Notes under the pieces: generated by a model
The model's database searches: none
What the model was told of the DNA's origin: nothing
What the model saw: only the letters and a program-made list of their open reading frames with translations
Made by a program: the position numbers and the translations under genes
Shown here: in pieces, positions 42,434 to 53,100 of the stretch
Layout: each line of letters starts with the position of its first letter
Position numbering within the stretch: position 1 is the first letter of the stretch
Origin: an uncultured Chloroflexia bacterium
Lineage (GTDB): Bacteria > Chloroflexota > Anaerolineae > JAAYZQ01
Length of the DNA: 64,000 nucleotides
Reading direction: 5' to 3'
NCBI GenBank assembly: GCA_963700285.1
Contig: CAVOXA010000001.1
Span: 1,088,001 to 1,152,000, forward strand

Positions 42434-44216
42434 TCGACCCTCCCATGGACCGGACCTCCTCCTCGCGGCTGGCCTGGATGGCCAGGTCGATAAAGACGGC
42501 AGCGGTCCAGCCAAAGACCTCGGCGGCGGTCGCCGGCGGCTCGCCGGTTTCGGCGTGATAGTACTCATAGATGCCGGGCTGGTCCATGATCAGATCCAGC
42601 GTCTTTTCCAGCAGGGCGTCGCGCCAGGTCGAACTCGCCGACCTGCCGCAGCGCCTCGATAAAGATATAGTTGATGTTGACCCACACCGGGCCGCGCCAC
42701 ATCGTCTCCGGATCGTAGTGCGGGTCGTTGCGCGCCACCGAGGGGATGGCGTACTCTCCCCAGAACTGGTCAGGGTCGGTCAGGTGGGCGATGCAGCCGG
42801 TCGCGGATGTCGTCGGGCAGCTGGCCGGTCCACAGGGGGTAGAGGTTGAAGGGCGTGACCACCGGGATGGGTTGGTTGTCGTGCAGGGCGCGGAACAGGC
42901 CCGCCTCCTCGTCCCAAAAGTCCTCGATCATGCGCCGCACGATGGCCGCGGCCCGGCGGCGCCACATGGCCCCTTCGGCCTCCATGCCCAGGGCCTCGGC
43001 CATCATCGCCAGCGAGCCCATCTGCACGCAGAGATAGGTGTTCAGGTCAGGCGATTCGACCGGCATCCCATAGTCCCACAGCGGGCTGTCGTCCAGGCCG
43101 GAGGAGTAGGGATGGTTGTACTGGGCCAGGCCGTCGGCGTCGTCGTCGTTCATGCTGAACCACCAGGCGTTCCAGCGCACCAGCGGCACATAGATCTCTT
43201 GCAGGAACTCCAGATCGGGGTCGAGTCTCGTGCAGCTTGAGCGCCGCCCAGGCCATGATGGGCGGCTTGGTGACCTCGGCCCGCAGCGGATGCTCGATGT
43301 CGGCGACCACGGCTTCGTCGTAGACGGCATCGGGGATCATGCCGTCGGGCAACTGGCAGGCCAGCATGGTCCGCAACTGGTTGCGGGCCAGCTCCGGGTC
43401 CACGTGGCGAAAGGCCAGGGCGTGGAAGCAGGCGTCCCAGTTCCAGATGCCCACGTACTGCACCTTGGAGGGCATCATCGCCTCGTGCTCCACCCGTCCC
43501 AGCGGGCGCGACCAGGTTGTTGCTCATCACCCACCAGGCATAGTAGTAGTGATCCCGGATAGCGTTCGGCGACGGGCGGCACGCGGCAGAACCAGTCGTG
43601 CCACCGCCCCTCGGCAGCGGCCAGCGTCTCGGAAAAGGGGACCGGCTTTGCCATCCAGTTGCAGGTCGTTGCGGATGTTGAGGTGGATGGCCACGTCGTC
43701 GCCGCCGTCCACGACGAACTCGATGGCATAGGCCTCCCGTTCCAAGCCCAACTCGTTTCTGAGCACCTGGCCGTTGGTGCGATAGGACAGGTTGCGCACC
43801 CCCACCAGGCTGCCGCCATCGTCGCCCTGCTGCCACATCTGGGTGCTGACGCGGAAGCGGATGCCGGCTGGCACTCCTGGCGGCAGGCCCACGGCCAGCG
43901 TGTCGTTCCGGTGGAAAGCCAGGGAGAAGGTGCCCAGCCGGGTCTGGAAAAGGAGGACGTGGGGATAGGTGGTCAGGTGATAGGTGAGCGGCATCCCCTC
44001 GCCATCGACGAAGCACAGGTCCTGGATGTAGGGCGGGCGGAAGCGATAGGTGTCCAGGCCGGGCTGGATGGCTGTCAGCCGCTCGGCGAGCTTGATGTAG
44101 AGGTGTTCGCCATCGGCTTCTTTGAACACCAGCAGCCGCGAGCCCCGGTCGCTGAAGGGCACGCGGGTGATGTCGATGCGGTTCTTGAGTGATTCCAGAA
44201 AGAAAGATGCTGTCAT
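42417..44216 (-). CDS. GH63/MGH1-like (alpha/alpha)6 glycoside hydrolase (multiple frameshifts)
   Basis: YVGIWNWDACF, TKPP, SGLDDSPLWD, DLN, WRGPVWVN.NY, IYEYY, FGWTAA. Confidence 0.8.
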
Positions 44217-44498
44217 TGGTTACCTCTGCCCAGTAGTATACCACAGAAAACTGCCTGGCAGTACATTCGACTCGGCCCTTGTCGGATCGCCGAAATCAAG
44301 GCAGGGCACGGTCATAGGTACATTGTTCCCGGCCGCCCCGGAAGCTGATCGCGTTCTACTGATACTACTTGATATTTTGGTACAATGCAGGTACAATTGG
44401 GACGCGCTTGCATAGGAATTCTCGCCGGGATTGCCAGCCTTTCATGAGTCTTTGCCCTAACCCCGGTAATTCTAGAACTGGAGGCTAGCGAAACCCAG

Positions 44499-45155
44499 AT
44501 GAACAAAGCACATAGAATCCCAAGTGCTGAATGCTCACAGCTCGCTGTGTTGCTTATCGACGCCCAACCCTGTTTCTGGGACTATGCGTTCCCCGATGAC
44601 GACTTGCGCAAAGAAGCGGTCACGGTCCGACTCGAACATCTGCTGATGCTGGCCGGCTGGCTGGACCTGCCGGTGGTCGCGACTTTTGAGGATCCAGTTG
44701 CGAAAAACGGCGAGTTGCCAGAGCGACTGGAGGCGGTATTCCCAGCAGCCGCCCAGCGGTTCACCAAAAAGACCTACAATCTCACCCTGGAATGGACCAT
44801 CAGCCAGGCCCTCAAGCGCTTGCCGGTGACACAATTCGCCGTTGCCGGGGCCGAGACCGACGTATGCGTCATGCAGTCTGTTCTGGGCCTGCTGCGCATG
44901 GGCTACCAGGTTTTTCTCCTGGAGGATTGTCTATTCACCACGGAGCCATACCCCGGGCCAGCCCTACGTCGGATGACCATGGCGGGCGCCATACCTACTA
45001 CGCTCAAGTCGCTCGCTTACGAGATGGTGGTCAGCACCGAGCGCACACCTTGGTATCCCGAGGGCTGGATCGATGCGGAGAGATCGTACGCCAAGCCGTT
45101 TCCCGAACAGTTTGTCGTTCCCGAGGCGTGGCCTGCCTGGGCGCCGCGGCGGTAG
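44499..45155 (+). CDS. Isochorismatase-family hydrolase (YcaC-like)
   Basis: LLIDAQ, FTKKTY, AGAETDVCVMQS. Confidence 0.85.
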   Translation: MNKAHRIPSAECSQLAVLLIDAQPCFWDYAFPDDDLRKEAVTVRLEHLLMLAGWLDLPVVATFEDPVAKNGELPERLEAVFPAAAQRFTKKTYNLTLEWTISQALKRLPVTQFAVAGAETDVCVMQSVLGLLRMGYQVFLLEDCLFTTEPYPGPALRRMTMAGAIPTTLKSLAYEMVVSTERTPWYPEGWIDAERSYAKPFPEQFVVPEAWPAWAPRR

Positions 45156-45352
45156 GTCACTGCGCGCCGGCAGATTGCCGCGCAGGGTGGCCTTTTGGGT
45201 GCTGGGCCCGGCGGCGTGGCCACGCTCAAGTTGTTACACTTTGCGCGTCGTACCCGGCAACCCCGGGGCTGTGTTTGCCGGCCTACGCCTGAGGCGCAAA
45301 ACGTGGGAGCAGATATGGTAGCAGGTTGGTCTGATCTGGCCGAGTCAGGCGG

Positions 45353-46135
45353 TCATGGGACTGCTGGCGCCTCGTAGTCCAAATCTCGCTTCACAAAACG
45401 CAAGGTCAGAGCCACCACGTCCTCGAACTCGCGGTCCAGGATAACGGTATGGCCCGAGTTTTCCATCCAATGTGCTTCTACCACGGTAGAACTCACACCC
45501 TCGCAGATGATCCTCCCGCTGTCGGGGGCGGTGGCGTCGTCCTGGCGACCCTGGACGATGAGAACGGGCTGGTAGATGAGGGGCAGGCGGCGCAGCACTT
45601 CCTTCTGCATACGGAAGAGCTGAAGGGCAGCCCGCAGGGGGTTGACGCGGTAGCCCTGCCAGCCGGCGCAGGGTTGCCAGTTGCTCTTGGCGATGGAGGA
45701 TACAACCCGAGCACTGAGGTGCAGCAAGAGCCGGTCCCATCTGCCCAGGTTCAGTTTGATGGCGGGGGCGTAGGCCAGTACTCCCACTGTCTCGGGGTGC
45801 TCGCTGGCCAGGTACAAGGCCGTGAGGGCGCCCATCGACTCCCCTCCGAGAAAGACCTGTTCGCAATGTGATGCCAACTGCTGGTAGGTTCCCTCGCCTG
45901 CAGCCGCCCACTCCTGCCAGGTTGTTCGATTCAGTTCCTCGGGTGTGATGCCATGCCCTGTGAGGAGAGGTCCAGCCACCGTATAGCCTGCGCCGTGTAA
46001 CCGGCGGGCCAAAGGGCGGACCTCCGCCGACGTAGCCGTCAGCCCATGAGACAAAAAGATACCCACGGGACCGGCCTCCCACAAGAAAGCTCCACCTTGC
46101 AGGTGAGGGTTGTGCAGGGCTGGACCCTGGTCCAT
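45353..46135 (-). CDS. Alpha/beta-hydrolase carboxylesterase (YvaK/Est type)
   Basis: HGLTA, GHG, GESMG nucleophile, QGRQD, SGH. Confidence 0.88.
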   Translation of the reverse strand: MDQGPALHNPHLQGGAFLWEAGPVGIFLSHGLTATSAEVRPLARRLHGAGYTVAGPLLTGHGITPEELNRTTWQEWAAAGEGTYQQLASHCEQVFLGGESMGALTALYLASEHPETVGVLAYAPAIKLNLGRWDRLLLHLSARVVSSIAKSNWQPCAGWQGYRVNPLRAALQLFRMQKEVLRRLPLIYQPVLIVQGRQDDATAPDSGRIICEGVSSTVVEAHWMENSGHTVILDREFEDVVALTLRFVKRDLDYEAPAVP

Positions 46136-46147
46136 GAGCTAACCTCC

Positions 46148-46186
46148 AAAAAAAGAGTGCGTGGACCAATCTTCTGGTCCACGCAG
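46148..46186 (-). terminator. Intrinsic terminator after the csp-RRM operon
   Basis: TGCGTGGACCA...TGGTCCACGCA stem followed on the minus strand by T7. Confidence 0.8.
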
Positions 46187-46230
46187 CGTTGATCTCTAGA
46201 ATATTTGTTTGGCGCCAGCGGGTGCTCGTC

Positions 46231-46518
46231 CTACCAGCGATCGCCGCCTTGGCGGTTGTCCGCTCCATCCTTGCGAGGTTTTGCCTCGGCGACTTTTATC
46301 TCCCATTCGTCCACCGTCTTGCCGTTCAAGCCGGCGATGGCTGCCTGTGCGGTTTCATCGCTCGCCATCTCAACGAAAGCAAATCCTCTCGACCGTCCGG
46401 AGTAGCGATCCGTGATCAGGTTTGCCGACTCTACTTCACCGAACTCGGCGAACAGTGCGCGTATTGTATCCTCCGTCGTCTGGTAATTCAGGTTGCCGAC
46501 GTATACTTTCTTGGCCAT
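46231..46518 (-). CDS. RRM RNA-binding protein
   Basis: KVYVGNL (RNP2) and RGFAFVEM (RNP1). Confidence 0.92.
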   Translation of the reverse strand: MAKKVYVGNLNYQTTEDTIRALFAEFGEVESANLITDRYSGRSRGFAFVEMASDETAQAAIAGLNGKTVDEWEIKVAEAKPRKDGADNRQGGDRW

Positions 46519-46525
46519 GTTTCTG

Positions 46526-46741
46526 CTACCAGCCTACAACAGTCACGTTGGCCGCCTTCAGTCCCTTGGGGCCCTGCTCGACGCTGAATTCGACCGCCTG
46601 TCCTTCCTCAAGATTGCGAAAACCATCGCCCTGGATCGCAGAGTAGTGGACAAAGACGTCTGCGCCATTGTCCTGCTCGATGAACCCGAATCCCTTTGAT
46701 CCGTTGAACCACTTGACTTTTCCAGTTACTCGCTCCGACAT
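46526..46741 (-). CDS. cspA: Cold-shock protein
   Basis: [37 protein letters not shown]. Confidence 0.93.
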   Translation of the reverse strand: MSERVTGKVKWFNGSKGFGFIEQDNGADVFVHYSAIQGDGFRNLEEGQAVEFSVEQGPKGLKAANVTVVGW

Positions 46742-46872
46742 TCTTCTACCTTTCTGATGCATCGTTAGGGCGAAGTGTGATCCTTCCCAGCATGCATAAA
46801 GCGCCCAGACCTGTAAGCCTGGGCGCTCATTTGCTTTGATCGAACCAGATTCTTACCTCGTCCTACGGCGTT

Positions 46873-46901
46873 ATGCTACCATGATCACCCAGAACTGTCA
46901 A
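46873..46901 (-). promoter_or_regulatory. Promoter of csp with a roughly 125-nt structured 5' UTR
   Basis: Minus strand TTGACA, 17 nt, TGG-TAGCAT. GCGCCCAG/CTGGGCGC hairpin at 46801-46826. Confidence 0.6.
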
Positions 46902-46949
46902 GTTCCGCCAGCATGTGGGTAGGCCCATAGGGCCAGCGTACTTGGCTCA

Positions 46950-47972
46950 TCAATTCTGCATCTGTAGGTCAAAGCTGTACACCTGTTCATGGTCGCCTCC
47001 CATGGACACTGCAATGTCACCGGTGGTTAGACCGTAAACAACGGACCACATCGTGTTGGGCTGGGACACGTCCTCCAGAATTGCCATCGCCTGCATTGGA
47101 GATAGTGCTCCCTCGCCCTGCTCAAGAGCATGGTAGGCCCGGGCATATCGCGGGCAGAGGGTCTTTGCAGCCTCGGGGCTCCTGCCTGACATGAGAAAGT
47201 TGGTGGCCACCTGCCAGGGCTCTTGGTTGCGCAGGACCTTCATCTCGCCATCTATGAACTCGATGATAGCAGAGGTCCCCTTGCGGTCGGCTACCAAATA
47301 GTGCAAAGGAGGACCGCCGTCGAAATCTATGTGATACTCCCGAAGAAGGGCGATGGCCTCGTCGACGCTTCGCGCCTGATCCAGAATCAGGCGCATAGCC
47401 TGCAGGCCGCTGATAGTCGTCTGGAGAGGATCTGCCCGGTCCTGGGCATGGGGCACGGCCATCATGCCCACGGCCAGGCCCTGCTCATTCATGCCGTCGA
47501 ATGGCCAGTAGGGCGCGTCCCGCAGCCTGAGCACCTCGATCCAGGGAGGAGTACCCCCGTCAAAGCCCAGGTATGAGATATCCACCAGGGATACGCTGTC
47601 ATAGCCTTCCGGTGGGTGCGTAAAGAGGAGCAAGGTGGGCCGGTTGTGCCAGTCAAAGTTGCGACCCAGGAGCAGATCCCCGTCCCCGTCCAGCGAGGCA
47701 AAGACCGTGCAAGCCCAGCCAGGTTCGGGTCGATCTTCAGTCGGCCGCAGGCCGGCGCTGGCGCGTATGCCCTGTTGCAGGAAATCCTCGAATCCATAGC
47801 TCCCGTAAAAGTGCATCACGTAGAGAGGATAGTCATCAACTTTTCTGAAGGTGATCAGCGTGCGTGCCTGGCTGCCGAACAGGATGGTTAGTGCGGCGAC
47901 CATTACTATCACGGCGCTCACCAGGATGATCACCCTGCTTCTGCGCGATGCCCGCCCGGTTCCTGGCTGCAT
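46950..47972 (-). CDS. Linear amide C-N hydrolase (Ntn/choloylglycine hydrolase-like), membrane-anchored
   Basis: TM helix, ACTVF nucleophile Cys, GRNFDW, DGMNEQGL, VATNF. Confidence 0.82.
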   Translation of the reverse strand: MQPGTGRASRRSRVIILVSAVIVMVAALTILFGSQARTLITFRKVDDYPLYVMHFYGSYGFEDFLQQGIRASAGLRPTEDRPEPGWACTVFASLDGDGDLLLGRNFDWHNRPTLLLFTHPPEGYDSVSLVDISYLGFDGGTPPWIEVLRLRDAPYWPFDGMNEQGLAVGMMAVPHAQDRADPLQTTISGLQAMRLILDQARSVDEAIALLREYHIDFDGGPPLHYLVADRKGTSAIIEFIDGEMKVLRNQEPWQVATNFLMSGRSPEAAKTLCPRYARAYHALEQGEGALSPMQAMAILEDVSQPNTMWSVVYGLTTGDIAVSMGGDHEQVYSFDLQMQN

Positions 47973-48049
47973 CAGGCTGGTACCTCCTTGTGACACGACA
48001 GCGGATCCGGAAACCCATGAATTCAGTCTCACTGGGAAATCCGTGTCTT

Positions 48050-48568
48050 TCAGTCCGCCATGCTATCCCATGGCTCTATGACCACGGTTTCGATGGTTTC
48101 GTTGTCCTCTGCATAGGTGTAGCATGCCCGGACCCGCTCGCCAGCAAGGACTCGCGGGAGCCAATGGGCATTGTCCTGCCACATCTGCTCGAAGGGGATG
48201 GCGTCTACCGCGTACCAGGCCGGCGCCATCTCGCGGCTCTCCTCGGACTCTCCCTGCCAGGTGCTGGTCAGGAAGACGTGTACCGTCTGGCTCCAGGCAG
48301 GTTCTGCGGAGAACAGGAAGGTAAAATGACCTACCAATCCCAGATCCTGCTCCGCAACCCTGATCCCTACTTCCTCTTCTAGCTCTCGGACGGCAGCCGC
48401 GACCACGGTCTCCCCGGGTTCGACCTTGCCCCCGATGCCGTTGATCTTGCCAGCGGCAAAGCCGGCCTTCTTGAGCCCCAGGAGGACCTCGGTGGGCGGG
48501 TCTCCCTTCACAAGAAGGCACACCGTTGCATCGTTCAGGGGCCTTTTCGAGTCACTGTCAAAGCTCAT
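48050..48568 (-). CDS. Nudix hydrolase, 8-oxo-dGTP diphosphatase-like
   Basis: GGKVEPGE...AAVRELEEEVG Nudix box, EMAPAWY, MWQDN. Confidence 0.88.
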   Translation of the reverse strand: MSFDSDSKRPLNDATVCLLVKGDPPTEVLLGLKKAGFAAGKINGIGGKVEPGETVVAAAVRELEEEVGIRVAEQDLGLVGHFTFLFSAEPAWSQTVHVFLTSTWQGESEESREMAPAWYAVDAIPFEQMWQDNAHWLPRVLAGERVRACYTYAEDNETIETVVIEPWDSMAD

Positions 48569-48653
48569 AGGATCTAACGCGTATGGATCAACTTTCGTTC
48601 GCCCAGCATCTCGCTGTTTAGGGTGACGATCAGCCGGTAGACGCTGAGCTCTT

Positions 48654-49127
48654 TTACGCGCCGCTGTCCAAAGGCTGGGACGACCAGCGCTGTAATTCGA
48701 CGATGTTGCCTTCAGGATCGGTCACATAGGCAAAGGTGATCTGGCCCACGCCGGAGATCTCCAGGGACTGGATCTGGCCGACGGCGCTGCCCCCGGCGGC
48801 CAGGACGACGTCGTGGGCGGCCTGCACATCGTCCACGGCGAAGGCGATGTGGCCAAAACCCGGGCGGTTGACGGCCATCACAGGGGATTCTAGCTGCTGG
48901 TTGTACTGAAAGACCTCGAGGGTGGGCCCTTGGTCGCCATAACCGGGGAGCCGGAGGTGGATGCCCTGGATCTGGGCATTTGGTACGCCAGTGGCGGCTT
49001 CCAGCCAATCACCGGCTAGATCGCGCTCTGGCGGTACCGGCGTGCAGCCAAAGATCTGTTCGTAGAAACGGGCCAGTCTTTGCCAGTCCTGGGCGACTAG
49101 GTTGGTGTGGACGAATCTGGCGTTCAT
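48654..49127 (-). CDS. VOC/glyoxalase-family protein
   Basis: HTNLVA, FYEQIFG, GHIAFAVDD, DPEGNIVELQ. Start is ATG 49127. Confidence 0.88.
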   Translation of the reverse strand: MNARFVHTNLVAQDWQRLARFYEQIFGCTPVPPERDLAGDWLEAATGVPNAQIQGIHLRLPGYGDQGPTLEVFQYNQQLESPVMAVNRPGFGHIAFAVDDVQAAHDVVLAAGGSAVGQIQSLEISGVGQITFAYVTDPEGNIVELQRWSSQPLDSGA

Positions 49128-49652
49128 GCTTTCATCCTTCTCTGGTACATAACGTCCAGCTCGGCGTGGATAACCAGCTAAACTGGCTAACGATTGGCCG
49201 GCCATGGCAGCATGCGGCGGCAGGTTCTGGAGGCTGGTATCAAGGGGCAAGCTGGCCGATCCTTCGCGCACTCGGGACGGGCCTGCCCTACGAAGATGAG
49301 TCGCGCCCGGCAGCGCGTATCACGGTGCCGACATTGTACTTCAAAAGACGTTGGGCTGCAAGGCGCCTGCGAAAGGCGGCCCACAAGAAGTGCCGGTCCG
49401 CTCGTCAGTAAGGGGCCGGGGTCTAGTACCTGACCGGGGCGAGTGGGCCCCTGGTCTAGGACGTGAGGGTAGGTAACTTCCTCCCGAATCTGTACCTAAA
49501 AGAGGATGTCAAAGATAGAAAGAAGATGATATAGTGTGTATGAACTATAGAATGAGAGATAAAATCTAAGAAAGATAGATATGGGCTTAAAAGCCTACTT
49601 TGAAGTATAGACAGTCTTTGATATATAGAGAGCATAAGGAGAAACTGCAATC

Positions 49653-49904
49653 ATGGTGACGACGCTGTCCTCTGGTCGAATGTTCATGTTTGGTGCGGCG
49701 CTGGTGGTGGCGGTGCTTCTGGCCCCGGCACTGATCTATGCCCACATCTGGTGGCAGGCCGCGAAGCGGAGTAGGGTACAGCAGGCGAGAGAGTCAGGTC
49801 GTGGCAAGCTGATCGCGCAAAGCTTGCCTGGCAGGAGTCCCGGTCCACGGACCTGGCCCGAAGGCCAGGCACGGCCGAGCGCCCGGGCTACCGACTCGCG
49901 GTAA
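49653..49904 (+). CDS. Small membrane protein, hypothetical
   Basis: AAGGAG RBS, one hydrophobic helix, downstream of an AT-rich tract. Confidence 0.45.
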   Translation: MVTTLSSGRMFMFGAALVVAVLLAPALIYAHIWWQAAKRSRVQQARESGRGKLIAQSLPGRSPGPRTWPEGQARPSARATDSR

Positions 49905-49989
49905 CCGGCAGGTACACAGCGCGTTCCTTTCCTCTCCAGGTCGGGTGGAGCAGTGTCTTGTCTGAGCCCAGGGATGGGGTGAGGCTAGT

Positions 49990-50094
49990 GCTCAGTTGCC
50001 CTCGGAAGAAGGCCCATTCCTCACACTCGGAGCCATCGTCAAAGACGCGGTTGCCGCCCTCATCGGTGCATTGCGCCGATGAGGGCTTTGGCAT
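49990..50094 (-). pseudogene. DUF333 remnant
   Basis: MPKPSSAQCTDEGGNRVFDDGSECEEWAFFRGQ matches the second repeat of 55766..56182 with an internal deletion and no signal peptide. Confidence 0.75.
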
Positions 50095-50103
50095 GCGGGC
50101 GAC

Positions 50104-53100
50104 CTACCGGTTCTTGTACGCCAAGGGCAGGTAGAGTTTCGGCATCTCTGGCGGGCCAGGGGCGACCGCGACCCCAGCGCTGAGCGGATCGGATAGGGTG
50201 ATTGGGTGTTCCGGTGTACCTTCCGCCATCTCGGACAGGGATGCCGCTGATTTCGGATCGACGTCCCCGGCGAGGTGCAACGCGTAGCGGCTGTCGCCGT
50301 TTGCCTGTACTTCGACTAGGTGCAGGCCTCTCCTGGAAACGGGGAAACCGACCGTCTCTACCGGCCCGGTACCGTCGGCTGCAAAGTCAGGCCGCCAACC
50401 GTTGGCCGGCTGCCAGATGTAAAGATTGGGATCGCCGGATCGCGCTTCCAAGCCAAAGATGGCCAGGTCCCTGATCCGAAGCGGGAAGCGGTATTGGATG
50501 CGCTGCCCGTCGGTGAGGGTTTGGCTGCCCTCCAGCAGGTTGGTTAGAGCAAGGCTGTTGAAGTCCAGTACGGTGACATTCCCTTCCGCATCCGCCAGCC
50601 AGACGCCCATATACTTGGCACCATCGCCCTGCGACAGGCTCCAGGGGACCGTTGGACTGTAGGGCAGCCAGCCGCTCTCCTGAACAGCGGTCCAGGTCCC
50701 ATCGCTGGTGTCCAGCGTCCATTCCCGCAGGAACATCCAGCGCGCGTCTGTGACTGCTCTGCCATCCTTGGTGATGAGCAACTGGGTTTGCCGGTGGTTT
50801 GTGGCTGGCCCGGCCTCAATCCTCAGAGAAGGAGAGGCCGGCGGTTGGGTATCGGCCCCGTCGGGCAGTGCGGGATCCACCGAAAGCTGAGCGGTTCGCT
50901 GCACAGTGGTTTCCGTGTCTCGGAAGGCGGCTAGTTCTCTCGCTGGGCAGGTATCGACGATGGGCCAGGTGCCCAGCGCCGTCAGCGAGATGTCCAGGGT
51001 TGTGGCCGCCAGCCCGCCGTCCACCTGGGCACGGAAGCTCAGGGGACGTTCCTGTCCAGGCCACAGGAGTCTGGGCGGCCAGGTGATGGTGCGACTGGCG
51101 TCATCATAGACTCCATCGCTGCTGATGCTGTCCGCCTGGACCTGCAAGCCGGCCGGTACGGTAGCACTGATGGGCACCAAGGTGTCCTGTGGGCCACTGT
51201 TCGGTACGTTCAGCGTCACGGCCACCGTTTCGCCAGGCCGTGCCTTGTTGGGGACAACCGCGATCCTGCTGCCCGATAGCTCGGGGCGTTGCCTCGGATG
51301 CCAGGCTACTTCCTCGCCATGGGCACGCAGCGTCTCCATGTTGCCTGCCCAATCCTCGCCCTGGACGTGGAAGGCGTAGCAACCTGCTCCCAGGTCCGTG
51401 TCAGAGGTATAGGACCACAGGCCGTTGCCGATCTCGTCGGCGGCTGTCCATCGCTCGCCGTTGATCTGGATGCCCAAACCTCTCTCGCCCGAGACTGAGC
51501 CATTGATCTGGCCGCTCAGGCGTAGGCGCTGGTTGCCCGCGGCGTCGGTGATCACGCCGGCCATACAGTCCCTGCCGGGCTTCCAACAGCCTGGCGCTAC
51601 CTGGGTGGTGGGCAGTGTCAGATCCAGGGCAAAGGTCTTGGAGACCGGCTCCGAGACGTGGTCCATGAGGTCCGTCGCCCGCGCCCAAAGGGTGGTGGGC
51701 GCCATGTCGGTGTCAAAGATCAGTGGCTGAGTGTAGGGCTGCCAGGTGGCGCCGTCGGTGCTGGTCTCGATACGGGTCGTACCCGACCCGTCGCCGTCGT
51801 CGGCTGACACCTCGGCCCTGACCGGCACGTTGTACCAGCCGCTGCCTTCGGTGGGGCGGGCCGGGTCAAGGCTGAGCGCAACCTGGGGCGCGTGCGTGTC
51901 CACCAGAACCGCAAGATGGGCGGTCTCGCCCCACTTGCCGCCATCGCTCCTGGCGCGAAGGTGTACGTACCACAGCCCGTCGGACAAGCCTTCGTAGGTG
52001 TCGGTGGTGGCCAACCCCAAGCTCATTTCCCGTGGAACGGTATCAGGGTTCCGGTCCATGTACCAGCGATAGCCGTCCACAACTGCCGGGTCGCCGTCCG
52101 GCTGCCTCCAGGTGAAGGTCGCTGTGTCGGCCGCGTACCAGGCCCCCGGGTCGGGATGGGTTATGCTGTCGATGAGGGGAATTCCCGGTGCGACCGCCGG
52201 ACCGGTGGCCCTTGCAGCTTCGGTGCTCGTGTTCTGGCCCGTGTCCGACCCCCTCCAGGGCACAAAGTAGTCCAACACCATATAAGCCTGCTTGACTCCC
52301 GTGTGAGAGTCGGACTCTTGCATGTAGGTGAAGGGATTGTATTTGTATTCCTGGGCCTGAGTGGGCGGGGGTTGCTTGTAGGGGTCGAGGCCCACATTCG
52401 TGCCGTCCATAAAGAACCCCTGTTCCCAACTGATCGAATAGGAAGTTCCTTCTTCAAAGCCCCAGGTTTTCGACCCCTGGGCTCCGATCCCCAGGAATTC
52501 GGCCTCGCCGCTTACCTCATAGTTGTAGGATTCACTGGTTTCCACGGTCTGCTCGGTGAAGGTTGTCTTTTCTACCTTCCAGTAGGGGTCTCCACCGCCC
52601 AGGCTTATATAGATGGGCGGGGGTGGACCTCCTGACTTGTCCCAGCGCCACAAGAGGTCCCCGTTCGTGTCCCACCACTGGTCGTGGAGTTTGATCTTGA
52701 ACTGGCCATCCTTAGCCACCGGGTCTTCGATATCTGTCGGGCGCTGGTCCACCTCGCCGCCCAGTTGCTGGCATGTGCCTACCCGTGTGTAGGCGGGATT
52801 GCCACCGACCTGATCTTCGATCCAGCCGACCACCAGCTCGGGGTGACCATCCGCGGCCACCAGGTCGGCGGAGGCGACCGTGGCCCCAACGACTTTATGC
52901 TCGGGCGGGACCGGGATCGGGTGGCCGGGCGCCCAGGATTCCACAAAGCTGGAGCCTTGCAGGTCCTGGCCGATACTGTAGCCCAGTTCCCATTGCCCGG
53001 CTTCTTCAGCCTCTCGCCCCCAAGCCGCCACCAGATCCAGATCGCCGTCACCATCGGAATCGGCGATAGTCAGGCCCATCCCACCGTTCCCATCGCCAAA

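Noticed and set aside
49380-49470. tRNA (including tRNA-Sec) or other RNA gene
   Set aside because: GC-rich with two GGTCTAG motifs, but no cloverleaf, TTCGA T-loop or CCA end could be built.
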